This document shows, one piece after another, positions 52,030 to 64,000 of a stretch of 64,000 nucleotides of DNA. How positions within the stretch are numbered: position 1 is the first letter of the stretch; every line of letters begins with the position of its first letter. Both the position numbers and the translations under genes were made by a program. Where the stretch lies: contig JASCQW010000043.1 of assembly GCA_030264375.1 (NCBI GenBank), forward strand, positions 92,061,688 through 92,125,687. Reading direction: 5' to 3'. Source of the stretch: Carcharhinus longimanus. Its lineage: Eukaryota. Below the pieces are notes generated by a model. That model did not search any database, was not told where the DNA came from, and worked only from the letters and a program-made list of their open reading frames with translations.

Positions 52030-52295
52030 GATGGCCAGATAATTTGATTTAGTGATGCAATATTGGGTGAGGGGAAAATATTGTCCAGAATACAAAAAAG
52101 AAATGGTCTGTCCTTCTTCAAATACTACTATGGGACCTTTTACCTCTAATCAAAGGGAACATCTCATTGAAATGCTGCACTTCTGGTACTGTAGCATTCC
52201 CTCAGTATGGCACTTAAGTATCAGCCTTGATTGTGTGCTCAAATCCTGGAGTGGAATTTGAATCCACAGTCTTCTGATTCTGAGGTGAACATTGC
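52030..52295 (-). mobile_element. Deu-domain SINE
   Basis: GCATTCCCTCAGTATGGCAC and TGTGCTCAAATCCTGGAGTGGAATTTGAATCCAC are the reverse complement of the 32570-32640 region. Confidence 0.7.
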
Positions 52296-53349
52296 TAACT
52301 ATAATTGTTATAGGACTAAGACTATTCTGCACTATGCAAAATCAAACACTTACAAGTATCCCACTACAAAATGTTCACTTCCTTTGGCATTCAAGCAAAT
52401 AATCAGGATTCAGAAGTTTAGGCTCTGCATTTTTATTTTTTTGCAATATAGAGCAAATGAACATCTACAAGGGATGTTGAATTTCTTTGCAGTCAGCTGC
52501 AGATTATTCCTTGATAAATCTACAGTACTGGCATCACAAGACATTATTAACCTTTTGTGAATGTCACTACACATCAAGGATATGGCGTGCACACTGACAG
52601 CTGCTGCAAGCACACAGGGAAAGCAGGGCTAATATTAAACAATAAATGTACATATGCTGGATGTCCAAGAAAGAATGAAAAACCAAGGAGTTTTAAGTAA
52701 TAATCTAAGAGCTCAGACACATCAACCTCTAAACTAAAACCTCCTCACTCACAGATATCCATTCACTCGCCTACTGCCTTTCTCTCTTCTCCTGCTGAGC
52801 TACCCCACCAGCATTCTTCAGGGCAGCTATTCCTGAAGCGAGTGCTGGCAGCCTATTTTGACCACGAAAGCATCACAGCCCTACCAAAACCTGGTCCTCA
52901 TATGATATCTGCAAGTGTGCATTTTCCAGGAGAAAGTGACTGGAAAGAGAACTGGGAATGAAAATGCAACTGAGTGCTTCCCATTCCGAGTCAGGTTAAA
53001 ATATACTAGCTTTTTCATTGCCCTGACCGAAATCAACTAACTCAGAGCACTTAATTCTATTTAGTATCCAACTGTGTCACTTTTTCAATGTGACTACAGT
53101 TCAAAAATGTTTAATTGTCTGAAACATTTTGGGAAGTCCAAAGGTTATGCCAGGCATTACATAAACACAAGTCTTCCAAATTTTTCTATCTTAACCATTT
53201 GTATTTATAAATAAACTTTTATTTTGTACATTCGTTCATTTCTACAATATGTCCATTATACTGGCTTGTATAGATCATTATACAGTTCATACCTTTTGGA
53301 ATAAATGAAAGAGCATAAATGAAGGTGGCCTTTTTACTAGGTTGAAAAT

Positions 53350-54495
53350 TACTTGGAAGGTTGGTGATAGCGTGGGGATAAAGAGGCAAGTATTCTAAGT
53401 GTCAGGCTGTGATAAGTATTCTGAGGCCTCTTCACCATATTTATTAATTGCTCAAATGTAGGAATGGAGAGATGAATATCCAGTTTACTTCTGACATAAG
53501 TTTGGAGGCCATTGCAAAGTGCAGATAGGAGCAGGAAGTTGCAAAACAACATAGGCCGATTTAAATGAGTCGGCAAAACAATGACAGATAGAGTTTAATA
53601 TTGGCATGTGAGAGATCATCATTTTGGACCTGAGAAAGAAAATTGGAATACTCTCTGTGTGAGACCGGGGACTTGAGAAGAGCAATGAGATTTGGAAGTT
53701 CAAGTACTCAAATCATTTAAAGCTAGACGACAGGTACAAAACGGCAGTCAAACAAGCTAATGGAATGTTGGTCTCTATCTCAAGGCAGCTGCAATACAAA
53801 AGGATGAAAGCTTCAGGGGCATAAAGCTTTCATCAGACTCCATCTGGAATTCAGTTCAGTTTTGGACATCATACCTAAGGATGTATCTATTAGCTTCACA
53901 GCAGGTGCTGCGCAAACTCAGAATGATACCAGAACGTTTTCTATGCTGTAAAATGAGTATGACTAAGTTCTATGCTGTAAAATGACTATGACTGAGACCC
54001 TTCAGCCCATCATGTCTACACCAGCCATCAAATAAGTACCCATCTATTCTATTCCCTTTTCCAACACTTGGTCCATAGCTCTGTATGCTATGGTGTTTCA
54101 TGTGCCCATCTAAATGCTTCTTAAAGACATGTATTCCTTTAAGTATATTGAAGTGTTTAAAATATTAAAAGGAGACTGTAAGAGAGATAAAGGGAAATCA
54201 TTTTCTCTGATGAAGGAGTCAATAACGAACAGATATAACTTAAAAATGACAGCCAGACCATTTAAGAGGGAACTGTGGAAGCACTTTTTCCACACAGTAG
54301 AGACAGTAGATATCTGGAATTCTCTGTGCTAAAAGGCTTTGGACACTAAGACAATTGGAACTTATAAGACTGAGATTGATAGATTTTTGTTGGGTAAAGG
54401 TTATCAAGGGACCTGGAATGAGGTACATATCAGCAATGATCTAATTGAATGAAGAAACGGGCCCAAGGGGCTGAATGGCCTACTCCTGTCCCTGT
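53350..54495 (+). mobile_element. Decayed CR1 LINE RT and 3' end, with an internal reversed CR1 tail
   Basis: ISSLLLT*VWR (degenerate FADD region) and IEVFKILKG, with the tail GGGCTGAATGGCCTACTCCTGTCCCT. Confidence 0.8.
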
Positions 54496-54939
54496 GCATC
54501 TTCTTTCGAAAATAGGCACTTGGAGTCCACATTTAACAAATTTAAGAGAAGATTTTATATGTGGTGGTTAATGAGCTATGAGCTCATTAGATTGTACGGG
54601 AGTTTCAGAGTCCCTGAGGTTATTTAGATTACAGCCTGCTTTTACAATACCCTGGACTCAAAACGCCTGCACTGTTTGTAAATGTTACTTACTGATACTG
54701 TAAAGCTGTCTCAGCCAGTGATAACAAAGTTCATTAAAATCTTATGCTCTTTCTGATAAAGTCAAGTGCATATGAGGAAAGTTGGCAGTAAGAAATTCTA
54801 ATATGAAAAGCAGAGTTGGGATAAATCGAGACCGTCTCGTTTGGTCAAACATAAGTTTTAATTCTCACTGCTCATCAACCAGAGGCCATTCAAATTTCCA
54901 ACCAGCAAGCTAGTTATTCTATGTCAACATCTGATTTTT

Positions 54940-55912
54940 CTCTCCCCCCTCTCTTGAAGATGCTGAATTTCTCTCTCCTCCTCAGAGGACACTGACTCTC
55001 TATCCTTCATATAAGCTACTTACTCAGAATACTCCTCTGAAGGTGCAGACACCCTCTCCCCTCCCTATGGCTGCTGATTCTTTCTCCCCTCCCTGAAGGT
55101 GCTGACTCTCTCTCTCCCTCTTTCCTAAAGCTGCAGACTCTCTCTCTTCTGAAGGTACTGACTTTTTCTCTCTCTTTCGAAGCTGTTGATTCTCTGTCTC
55201 TCTCTCTCTCTCTCTCTGTCTGTCGCTCCTGAAGCTGCTGACTCTCTCTCTCCTGTAGTTTCCAACTCTCTCTCTTTCTCTCTCTCCTGAAGCTGCTGAC
55301 TCTCTCTCTCCTGAAGTTTCCAACTCTCTCTCTTTCCCTCTCTCCTGAAGTTTCCAACTCTCTCTCTTTCTTTCTCTCCTGAAGTTTCCAACTCTCTCTC
55401 TTTCTTTCTCTCCTGAAGATATTGACTTTTTCTCTCTCTCTCTCCTGAAGCTGCTGACACTCTCTCCCTCTGTCTCTCCTGAAGCTGCTGACTCTCTCCC
55501 TCTGTCTCTCTCTCTCGCCTAGCTGCAGACTCTCTCTCTCTCTCCTGAAGGTATGACTTTTTCTCTCTCTCCTGAAGCTGCTGACTCTCTCTCTCTCTCT
55601 CTTGAAGCTGCTGACTCTCTCTTTCCTGAAGCTTCCAATGCTCTCTCTCCTGAAGCTGCTGATTTTCTCTCTCTCTCCTGAAACTCCTGACTCTCTCTGT
55701 CTCTCCTGAAGGTACTGACTCTCTCTCTTTCTCTCCCTCTCTCTCTCCTGAAGTTGCAGACTCTTTCTGTTTCTCCTGAAGCTGCTGACTGTCTCTCTCT
55801 CTCTCTATCTCTCCTGAAAACACTGGCTCTCGCCCATCTTCCCTGAAGGTGCAGACCTTTTCCCACACTTCTGAAAGTACTAATTCTCTTTCCCCTTCCC
55901 AGAAGGTGCAGA
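54940..55912. repeat. Compound minisatellite of (CT)n spacers and a CCTGAAGCTGCTGACT core, with units of about 28-36 bp
   Basis: Roughly 25-30 units of CTCTCTCCTGAAG(CTGCTG/TTTCCA/GTACTG)ACTCTCTC. The long E/R-rich ORFs at 55016-55974 are translations of this repeat. Confidence 0.9.
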
Positions 55913-58660
55913 CACCTTTTATGGGTGAAACTCCAAAGGTGACCACAAATCCCTGACATAATGCAGTTTACCATACTTCAACCATCAGTAAGTGTTTTCA
56001 GACAATTTGTTGTTTGCATATAGCATCACAACTGAGCCCTATTTCAACCTCTTCCAGTAGCCACGTACACATATGCACACATAGACACACATTTTATTTA
56101 CTAAACCAAGCTCAATCAGAGAACATAACTCAATCACAAACTCTGTTTTATTATAAAGAATGTCTTGCATTTTTATAGCACTTAGGTTACCTTACTAAAT
56201 CCCAAAGCATTTTGCAGACAATAATCACTGTTATAATGTAGGGAGAGTTTATAGTCTCAATTTGTGTGCTATTACTTTCTCAGGGAAATAGTCATCTGAC
56301 TGCATATGTACAGACACCAGAATGCTGTCACGTTTAGTTGTCGTCAGTTGTGGTGACAGTGAACACTGACAGTTTTGCCATCATTACAACCTTAAAATCC
56401 AGACCATAGTGTCTTCCCTCTTGATCAAAAGGTTGTAGGTTTGAACCCCACAAAAGAACTTAGGCAGTTAGGCTGACATCCAGAACAAAGCTGAGGATGT
56501 GCTGGATTGCTAGATATGTTCCTTTTCAGACAGAACACACCTAAAGAATTGGATATCTAAGTTTACAAATGGCACTAAGTTAGAAGGACATTAGGCTGTG
56601 TTTAGGAATGCAAGAAGATATGTAGGTACTTAAACAAGCGGGCAGAACTATTGTAGATGGAGTTCACTATGAGAAACTTTGGATCTAAGAAAACCAATTC
56701 AGAGTGTATCCTCTATGGCTTAGAATCTCTATAAAAATGTGCATGTTTACATGCATAATAAACAAAGTTCAGCAAGTAAATGCGGGGTGTAAATGAATTT
56801 TAGAGATGGTTACATTATAAAGCCTAAATGGGCTTATCAGCTTGAACGAAGTATCACATGCCCCTAACATCCTTTGCAAAGTAGGCAGAATGTATCTAGT
56901 TGGCGAGCATTGCTGCAAAGTCCACAGGCAAGGGAAAGGCAGAGTCAGCCACTGTGTGGGTGCATATGAGCAAAGAATGGCCACTTCAGTGAGCTGCAAG
57001 ATAGTAAACAGCAGCTGGGGAAGTCTTCTCTCACAGCGGTCAATATTTTGGGACAAGGAGTGCATGACAAATTGGAAAAATAACTTGGATTTGTAGCAAG
57101 AAAATAAATTATATCCATTCTTCACATTGATTCCTACAATCTAGTTGGAATTCCTGATCTAACCAATACCAATCAAACATCCACTGACCTGAAAGAGGAT
57201 GCATCGCGTGTGAGGTGCCAAAAGGTCAGAGAAAAAGCAATTAAGAAGTAAAACATTCTGTGAATGCTTAGTACTATTTCCAGCAATGTAGAAAAACATT
57301 TTGTATGGTATTGTCTGCAAATAAAGTTACAGCTAACAGATTGGTTAGAATCCTAATCACTAGTGAAAATAAAAAGGATACAGGGGATGGAGCAAAACTC
57401 CTTGCCCACACAGCAACATATTGTCAACTAAATGTCAGCGAAGGATTATAGGCAGCTTAATCACACAAAAACGAACGTTTTCAATATTCCTACAAAGCCA
57501 CTGGGAAGCTGCATTCTTAACCAATGAGCTTGTGATATGCTGTAATTTTAATGTTATGAAAACTTGCATTTTTTAAACAACAAATTAAAGTTAGCTAAAT
57601 CAGTTGGGAGAGGATACATTGGCAAGCAGGCTCTTGGGGTATAGTTGGAATGTTATTGGAAATAATCTACCAAATTTTGTTACAGATCATGAGCTGGACA
57701 ATACTTCATATTCATCAGGGTCTTCATGAAGGGTACAGGGCACATCACACAACAACCCAAATAAGGTTCCACAGCATGAAAAACTGCAAAAGCAGCATTT
57801 CAGAAAAACACTGTGCACAACAAGCACATACAAAGCATGCAGCCTGCCAATATTGTTCAGAATTGAACTGTGTATCATCTTCCCTTTCCCAGTATTCACA
57901 TTTCAGTAAATAGGACCAGAGCTGGAGTACGCTGTCCTCTGATCACTGTCACTCTATTAACTCCTGCCTACAGCAATCTTTCAATTAACTGGCAGCGCAA
58001 ACAACGTTTTGCTGAATGTGGACACACACCTTTGTTCTGGCGAAATACTTTTAAAACTTTACACACTATAAAAGTTTGCACAGCACAACCACAGACGGTA
58101 AAAGAGAGGGTCTGGTAAAGTGCTTGATTTCATACATAGGTAATGAAACAAGACAATGAAAAACATTTACATTTCATCCTCCCTTCTATGCACAACTAAA
58201 CATAGAATTATCAAGAATATCAACAAACTTTCATTCAGGGCAATTTGTGCAACACATTGTCTACTTCAACACAATGCAAATAAATCACTAAAAAAAATTA
58301 GGCAATTTAATTCAATTGCAAAATATTGATTAGCAGAAGATACTTTACACTTCAAAACAGCTATTACTTTCTGCAAAAGTAACATAACAGCCTAACCCTT
58401 TTCCTGCAATTGAAAAACACTCCCTTACACAAATGTGCTTATCTAATATAAACTATAATAAATTTGAATTTATTTAGTTCCACTTGAAGACATGTTTTTG
58501 TAATATCACACAGATCATGTTCCATCATTCATAGCGCTAACCAATTCCAGAAATTATTATTCCAATTCTGAACATGCCCCTTTACTTCATACAAGTGAAG
58601 ACTTTGAACTTAATGGCAAAAGCATATCTTTCTGCACATGCAAGGTGTTCTTGCACTTAC

Positions 58661-58792
58661 CTTCATCACGTTTTCTCTTATTAGTCTCAGCGCTGGAAGG
58701 TGTAATCCCCAGAATGCCACTGATGGAATAGGAAGATCCTGCAGGGTCTGTGGCGGCTGAAGGAACTGGAGTTACTGCCACTGTGCTTGGTG
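58661..58792 (-). CDS. pax5: Pax5 internal coding exon (equivalent to exon 5): octapeptide and NLS
   Basis: Acceptor TTTCTGCACAG|CA, donor GATGAAG|GTAAGT, 132 nt, phase 1/1. It encodes [52 protein letters not shown] is the Pax5-type octapeptide, whereas Pax2 has YSINGILG and Pax8 YSINGLLG. Confidence 0.97.
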
Positions 58793-59509
58793 CTGTGCAG
58801 AAATGACAGCAAGTTTTAGTCAGTAGAGAAAAATAGCACACCAAGATCTGCAACATCCTCCTATGTGGATTCAATTCAGCACACTCAATGCTTACTTTTC
58901 AACCAAGGTTGAGTTTCAAGAATGATCACCACACATAGCCACCTGCTACACTTAGAGTGAAAGTAATTAATTCTTGATTAGGAGAGAAGTGAACCCAAGT
59001 CGCAGGCACGGAGGCAATTTTAGCTCAAACAAAAATTTGCTTTGGTTCAGCAAAGCCTTTCAATTTATGTATTTGCTTTTCCTTACACATTAAGTAGACA
59101 ATAATGAGTAATGTTTTCTCTATTCATCACCAAAGAGCACAGGTAGATCCCAACACTAATGACAGGTATGATGGCACATGGATTTTCAGAGCCCATTTTT
59201 CTTACCTCAATGAAAGTTCAACCAGACCACTCAGGAAAACACCTGAAAGTCAAATGTTCAACATTACTGGCTCTACAGCCCCTGCACAATTGATTTTGGA
59301 GCCAAAGCCTGAAATTGTCTTACTGTAGTCTCACTGGTTCTGCTTGGTACAGCAATCTCTGTTATGTTGCCTCATTTAGTTGAACACTTAACTCCTAATT
59401 TCAAGGTCTTGATTTGAAGACATACATACCTTGGTCCATTCAGCTCATTAGAAACCTACAAATATTCATCCATTGAGCCTATTAGAAGCCTATGAATATT
59501 AGCTTGTTG

Positions 59510-59660
59510 AATTAATCAGAAGCCAGTAGATTGTTGGGGTATGGGGAAAGAGCAGAAGTATGGTGATCAGATGGAGGATCAGCCTTAAATGTATTGAATA
59601 GTGAAGCAGGCTCAAAAGGCCGATTTGCCTACATCTGTTCCTAGTTTCTATGTTTCTGTA
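59510..59660 (+). mobile_element. CR1 3' tail
   Basis: GCAGGCTCAAAAGGCCGATTTGCCTACATCTGTTCCTAGTTTCTATGTTTCT. Confidence 0.7.
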
Positions 59661-61559
59661 TTGATCAATTGAACCCATTTGATACCTGTGGATATTGGTC
59701 CATAGAACTCACTAGAAGTTGATGGATACTAGTCAATTGAAGCAGCCTCTTTGCTTGGCTTGGTCACCAGATAGGTCACTAGATAAGTAGCGGATAGATG
59801 AAAGTCATTCTACTGAAAGAAATTAACTACACTTAATAATTTACATCAGTTAATAATACAGTGTGATACTGCCAACAGGCAAATTATCTGGCTAAGCTCA
59901 CTGCCCAACCTGACACATGAACTTAAATTGAGGCACTGGAGATCTAATCACCCATGGAACTGTACCACCACATGAGGCACTGTCTTCAGGAAAGGCAGTG
60001 AGAATGGAGCCATCGGTTGGGTGGAGGAGTCGGTTAAACACAATTAAGGGGTACAAGAAGGGACAGGAAATAATGCATTTCCTCATGTCTTTACCAAAGA
60101 GGCTACAAACCCAATTATTTTGTGTTGTGTTTTGTTAATAGCCCAATTACAAAGAAAAAAATTCAATGAAAACGTCACTGCTTTCAATCTTGAAATGTAC
60201 AATAGTGCTGTAAAAGTGGGAATCAGTTCAGGGCCCAACAATCGATAATCCACCAATGCCGTAAATCACAAACATACAGAAGCACAGAGAATATTGCTTG
60301 AAAATTACAAATTCCGAAAAAAGCTCAATTTTAATAGAAAACTGAATCTAATGCTGCAAACTGCAAAGACACAATCAACATAGGAGTTATCGAAGAACGG
60401 GAATTAAAAGAAAAGAAAAAAACTTTCACAACTCCTTAGTACCTAATGATGCAGAAAATGTAATGAATAGTCCCCTTTGTGGATTTATTACTTTAATTAC
60501 ATCACATTCAATGGCCATTCTATTGCCACTTTAAATTTTAGATTTCAATTTTGTATTACAATGTGAAATCTTTTTATCATAATAATCGTCAGACTTCAGA
60601 ACCCAAGTTATATTGGTGAATTTCATCAAGTATTAAGTTGCTTAGAAATACAGATGCAGTGAAGAATTTGAGCATTCTGATTGTTAAACAGAAAAACCCA
60701 ACCATAATAACAATCAGGTTACATTTCAGTTTTACCCAAACGAGTAGTAACTAATTAGAGGTTAATCTTCCTATCATGTTTTGAGATCAACTGCAATCTG
60801 ATAAAGGATGAATACAATAGTGGTCTAATATATATTCGTATAAAGGCTAGGCATGGCCAGGTGCAGGAGATGAGTTTTCCATGAGCTACTGTGGATTAGC
60901 AGTAGTCCGAATGGTATTCCACCACAATCAGTAAACAGCATATTCCTCACTCTACCATTACTACCAAACCAGGGATATTCCCAGAGGCACATATAAAGAT
61001 CAGTATCAACTGCTACTGGAGGATAATCAACTCAATGGAAGACATTCTTTTGTTTGTCAGAAACGTATTGATCTTCCAGTGCAAAGAGCTGTGACGACCA
61101 AATATTGCAAACTGGCATATTCCAAGGTGAAGGACCACATGCTGATGGACACACCAGAAGTTTGGGGCTACTGCGAAGGCTAAATGGGAAAAAGTCAAAA
61201 AGCCTTCCCATCACAATATACCAAGGGATTGGAACCCATGTAAAACCCTTCAGGCTGTACACACCAGTGAAATGTAAATGACATGAAATGTAAATGTACA
61301 TTGCAAATATAATCTTTAATGGCAAGTGTAGTGAGGCACCTCATGCACAGCGCTGAAAGAAATTTAGCTGTATTGCACTTCACATAATGTCAAAGTTGAA
61401 CAGTTATATGATGCACTTTTACAAATTTTATGAATGAAGCATCATTTTGGAAAATAAAATTAATTTTAAGCCAGGGAACCAAGTGTGGTTCAATCATCAG
61501 TGTAGAAGAGCATGCCAGGAACAGTACTAGACATGCCTAAAAATGAGACACAAACCTAA

Positions 61560-62775
61560 CAAAATTACAGCACAAATAGCAGAAGTAGTATTCTATAGAC
61601 AGTTAGGGGATTTCCCTACTAATGGAACAGATCAAAGCTCTGAAATCCTACCACTTCCAATTGTGAATGGTGATGGACAATTAGCTAACAAGAGGAGGAG
61701 GTTCAAGGAAAGTTCACATCCTCCAAGTTGGAAGAGCCCAGCACTGAGTGCAAAAGACAATACTGAAGCATTTGTAACAATCTTCAGCCAGAAGTGTCAT
61801 AGATGATCCATCTCAGACTCTCCCTGAGGACCCTACCATTTATCAAAGCCAGTCTTCAGACAAATCGATTCCCTCCATGTGATACCAAGAATCAGCTTAG
61901 CACAGTGGTTACAGCAAAGTCTATGCACCCTAACAACATAACGGCTGTATTACTAAAAACATACGCTCCAAAATTAGTGACGCTTCTAGGCAGGATGTTC
62001 TGGTAGTTACAATATAAGCATTTTGTCTACCTGGCAATATGGAAAATTGCTAAAGTATGTCCACAGAAAGAACAAATCCAAACCACCCAATTACTGGTGC
62101 ATTAGTCCACTCTCAATCATTAGTGAAATGATAGAGGATTTTATCAATAGTGCTATCAAGAGTCATTTACTCAGCAATAACCTTCTCACTTGTGCTGTGT
62201 TTGGATTCTGCCAGGACCACTTAGTCCAATCATGGACAGAAGAGCTAAGTTCCAGAGGTGATATGAGAGTGACTTCCTTTGACAACAATACAGTATTTGA
62301 CGGAGTATGGCATCAAGGAGCCCCTGTAAAATTAAAGCCCATGGGAATCAGGCAAAAAATTCTGCACTAACTGGATCATACCTAGCACAAAGTCAGATGA
62401 TTTTGGTTGTTACAGGCCAGTGGCTGAAGTGTATACCATCTATAAGATGTGCTGGAGCAATTCATCAAAGCCTTTTCAAGAGCATCACCCAAACCACCGG
62501 CCCCTACCACCTAGCAAATCCTGAATAAAGGGACTATAGGCACTTGGAAACACCTCTACCTGTAAGTCCCCTCTAAGTCACACACCATTCTGACTCGAAA
62601 ATATATCATCATTCCTTTCTTCCCTGTTGCTGGGTCAAAATGGACTCTCCCCTGCCTCGTTATAGATAGATCTTCACCAAATGGACTGCAGTAGTTCAAG
62701 AAGGAAGTTTATTATCACCTTCTCAAGGACAATTAGGGATGAGGTATAAATTGTGATGGTGACAGTAACATTCCA
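61560..62775 (+). mobile_element. Decayed CR1-clade LINE RT and 3' end, in intron 4
   Basis: AKDNTEAFVTIFSQKC, LKTYAPKLVTLL, KSKPPNYWCISPLSIISEMIEDFIN, FGFCQDH and FDGVWHQG. Confidence 0.82.
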
Positions 62776-63430
62776 TGAACGAATGAAAGAAACAATTTAA
62801 CCAAATTAATTCTTACTCTTTTTGTTCAATAAATAGATAAAAGATATGACCCTTTGACATATGGACATACAAACTTACTAAACTTAAGAAAGGCGTCAGC
62901 ATAATGTTTAAGCACAGTGAAATAATGATATTAGTCCACCTGAAGTCTTGGATTGTACACAGGGAGAATCAGGCACCAGGATCAATTCAGTAAAAACCAA
63001 TCATATTCAGTATACTCTTCATCCAATTGAAAGAAGGGCACAATGTCAGTGAGATGCGCAACCAATGTCAGTGGTTTTGGGAGCACTTGTAAATTCTGAG
63101 TGCCTGCAAAATCATTATCGATGCTCCCAGAACAGCTCCTAATCCTGAAGCATAGCCTAGCTCACATGTCAAGGATAGACATTCTCTGTGGAACCTTTAC
63201 TCCAGCATGACTTGCTGTCATCAGGAAAGCAGGGGGAATTTGGGGATGGGTGGAGGTAGTCACAAAAGAACAGTACAGGAAGAGATAGGACAGAGAGCAA
63301 TAATGAATTCCTACAGAGTTAAGGAGTTGTTCTACATATAATTTAGTTCTCAGATAGAAAATCATATTTTTTTCAAGATCCAAAGCAATATCTAACAGAG
63401 GTTAAGTGGCACAGTAGCAATGACTCTCAC

Positions 63431-63495
63431 CTATAGTATGAGATGTGACCGGCGATTGCTGGTTTGGAGGCTGTTGCACCTTTGTTCGAATAATT
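63431..63495 (-). CDS. pax5: Pax5 internal coding exon (equivalent to human exon 4): end of paired domain and linker
   Basis: The minus strand reads TTTACTTTTATTCAG|A ATT ATT CGA ACA AAG GTG CAA CAG CCT CCA AAC CAG CAA TCG CCG GTC ACA TCT CAT ACT ATA G|GTGAGA, giving (R)[21 protein letters not shown]. Human PAX5 has [21 protein letters not shown]. The exon is 65 nt, entered in phase 2 and left in phase 1. It is not in the ORF track. Confidence 0.96.
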
Positions 63496-63799
63496 CTGAA
63501 TAAAAGTAAAATTAATGAAAGAAAATCAATTTTTAGAACATATAGAAGAAAAATCAATCATTAATCCATAATTCGACATTTCTACTAACTTTCTCAATAT
63601 CATATTTTTCTTATGAACTATTAATGGTGCGTGTAAAACTACATCATACTGATGAGATAGCCAGATCTCTGCTCTCTGAATCCACTCTTTCAAGAGGTTT
63701 TGGGGGTACTTTGTTCAAAATACAGGATTACAAAAGGTACACTTTGCCTTTAACATAGAGATGCTTTCTGGTGTTACTTTTCTTTAATAATAAGGTTTT

Positions 63800-64000
63800 T
63801 AGTTGTAAAAAGAGTTGCATTTATAATGTGTATGTCAAATACATCCCAAAGCACTTTAAAAGCAATGAAAAACTTCTGAAATGTATTCCCTATTGTAGTG
63901 TAGGAAATGTGATTGCCAACGTATACACAGCAAGGTCCCACAAAGAGCAATGAAACAATGACCAGATAATCTGTTTCATCAATGTTTATTGTGTGATGAA
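63800..64000 (-). mobile_element. Deu-domain SINE 3' part
   Basis: TTGCATTTATA, CATCCCAAAGCACTTTA and CACAGCAAGGTCCCACAAA match the tail of 13145-13320. Confidence 0.6.

Larger units (their letters stand above)
16413..58660 (-). other. pax5: Pax5 intron 5 (about 42.2 kb including N gaps), GT-AG
   Basis: Defined by the exon 5 donor (GTAAGT starting at 58660) and the exon 6 acceptor (AAG ending at 16413); the phases join correctly. Confidence 0.92.
58793..63430 (-). other. pax5: Pax5 intron 4 (4638 bp), GT-AG
   Basis: Donor GTGAGA at 63430 and acceptor CAG ending at 58793; G + CA gives an in-frame Ala. Confidence 0.93.

Noticed and set aside
54940-55912. CRISPR-like repeat/spacer appearance
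   Set aside because: The spacers are (CT)n microsatellite rather than unique sequence, the context is a vertebrate intron, and there are no cas genes.
55016-55974. Long Glu/Arg-rich ORFs of up to 273 aa
   Set aside because: They are translations of a stop-poor GA minisatellite in several frames, with no splice or homology support.

Overview
This is eukaryotic, repeat-rich vertebrate DNA with several N-gaps. The repeat content (HE1/V-SINE-type tRNA SINEs, Deu-domain SINEs, abundant CR1 LINEs) points to a cartilaginous fish, probably a shark. The whole window lies inside one minus-strand gene, Pax5 (Pax2/5/8 family). Three internal coding exons are recognisable, each with canonical AG/GT splice sites and consistent phase. 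Exon 4 (63495-63431, 65 nt, absent from the ORF track) ends the paired domain. Exon 5 (58792-58661, 132 nt) carries the octapeptide YSISGILG and the KRKR NLS. Exon 6 (16412-16237, 176 nt) encodes the partial homeodomain. They enclose a 4.6-kb intron 4 and a 42.2-kb intron 5, the intron that holds the B-cell enhancer in mouse, and at least 16 kb of intron 6 follows. The rest is intronic and consists of decayed CR1, RTE and Rex1-like LINEs, SINEs, TIR elements, a nested Gypsy relic, a decayed Ty1/Copia pol (unusual in vertebrates), Penelope-like termini with degenerate hammerhead-ribozyme cores, several minisatellites, and repeat-free blocks that may be conserved enhancers. I found no intact novel protein-coding system, and nearly all ORFs in the track are spurious or TE-derived. 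TE family names come from remembered motifs rather than database searches, and TE boundaries are approximate.
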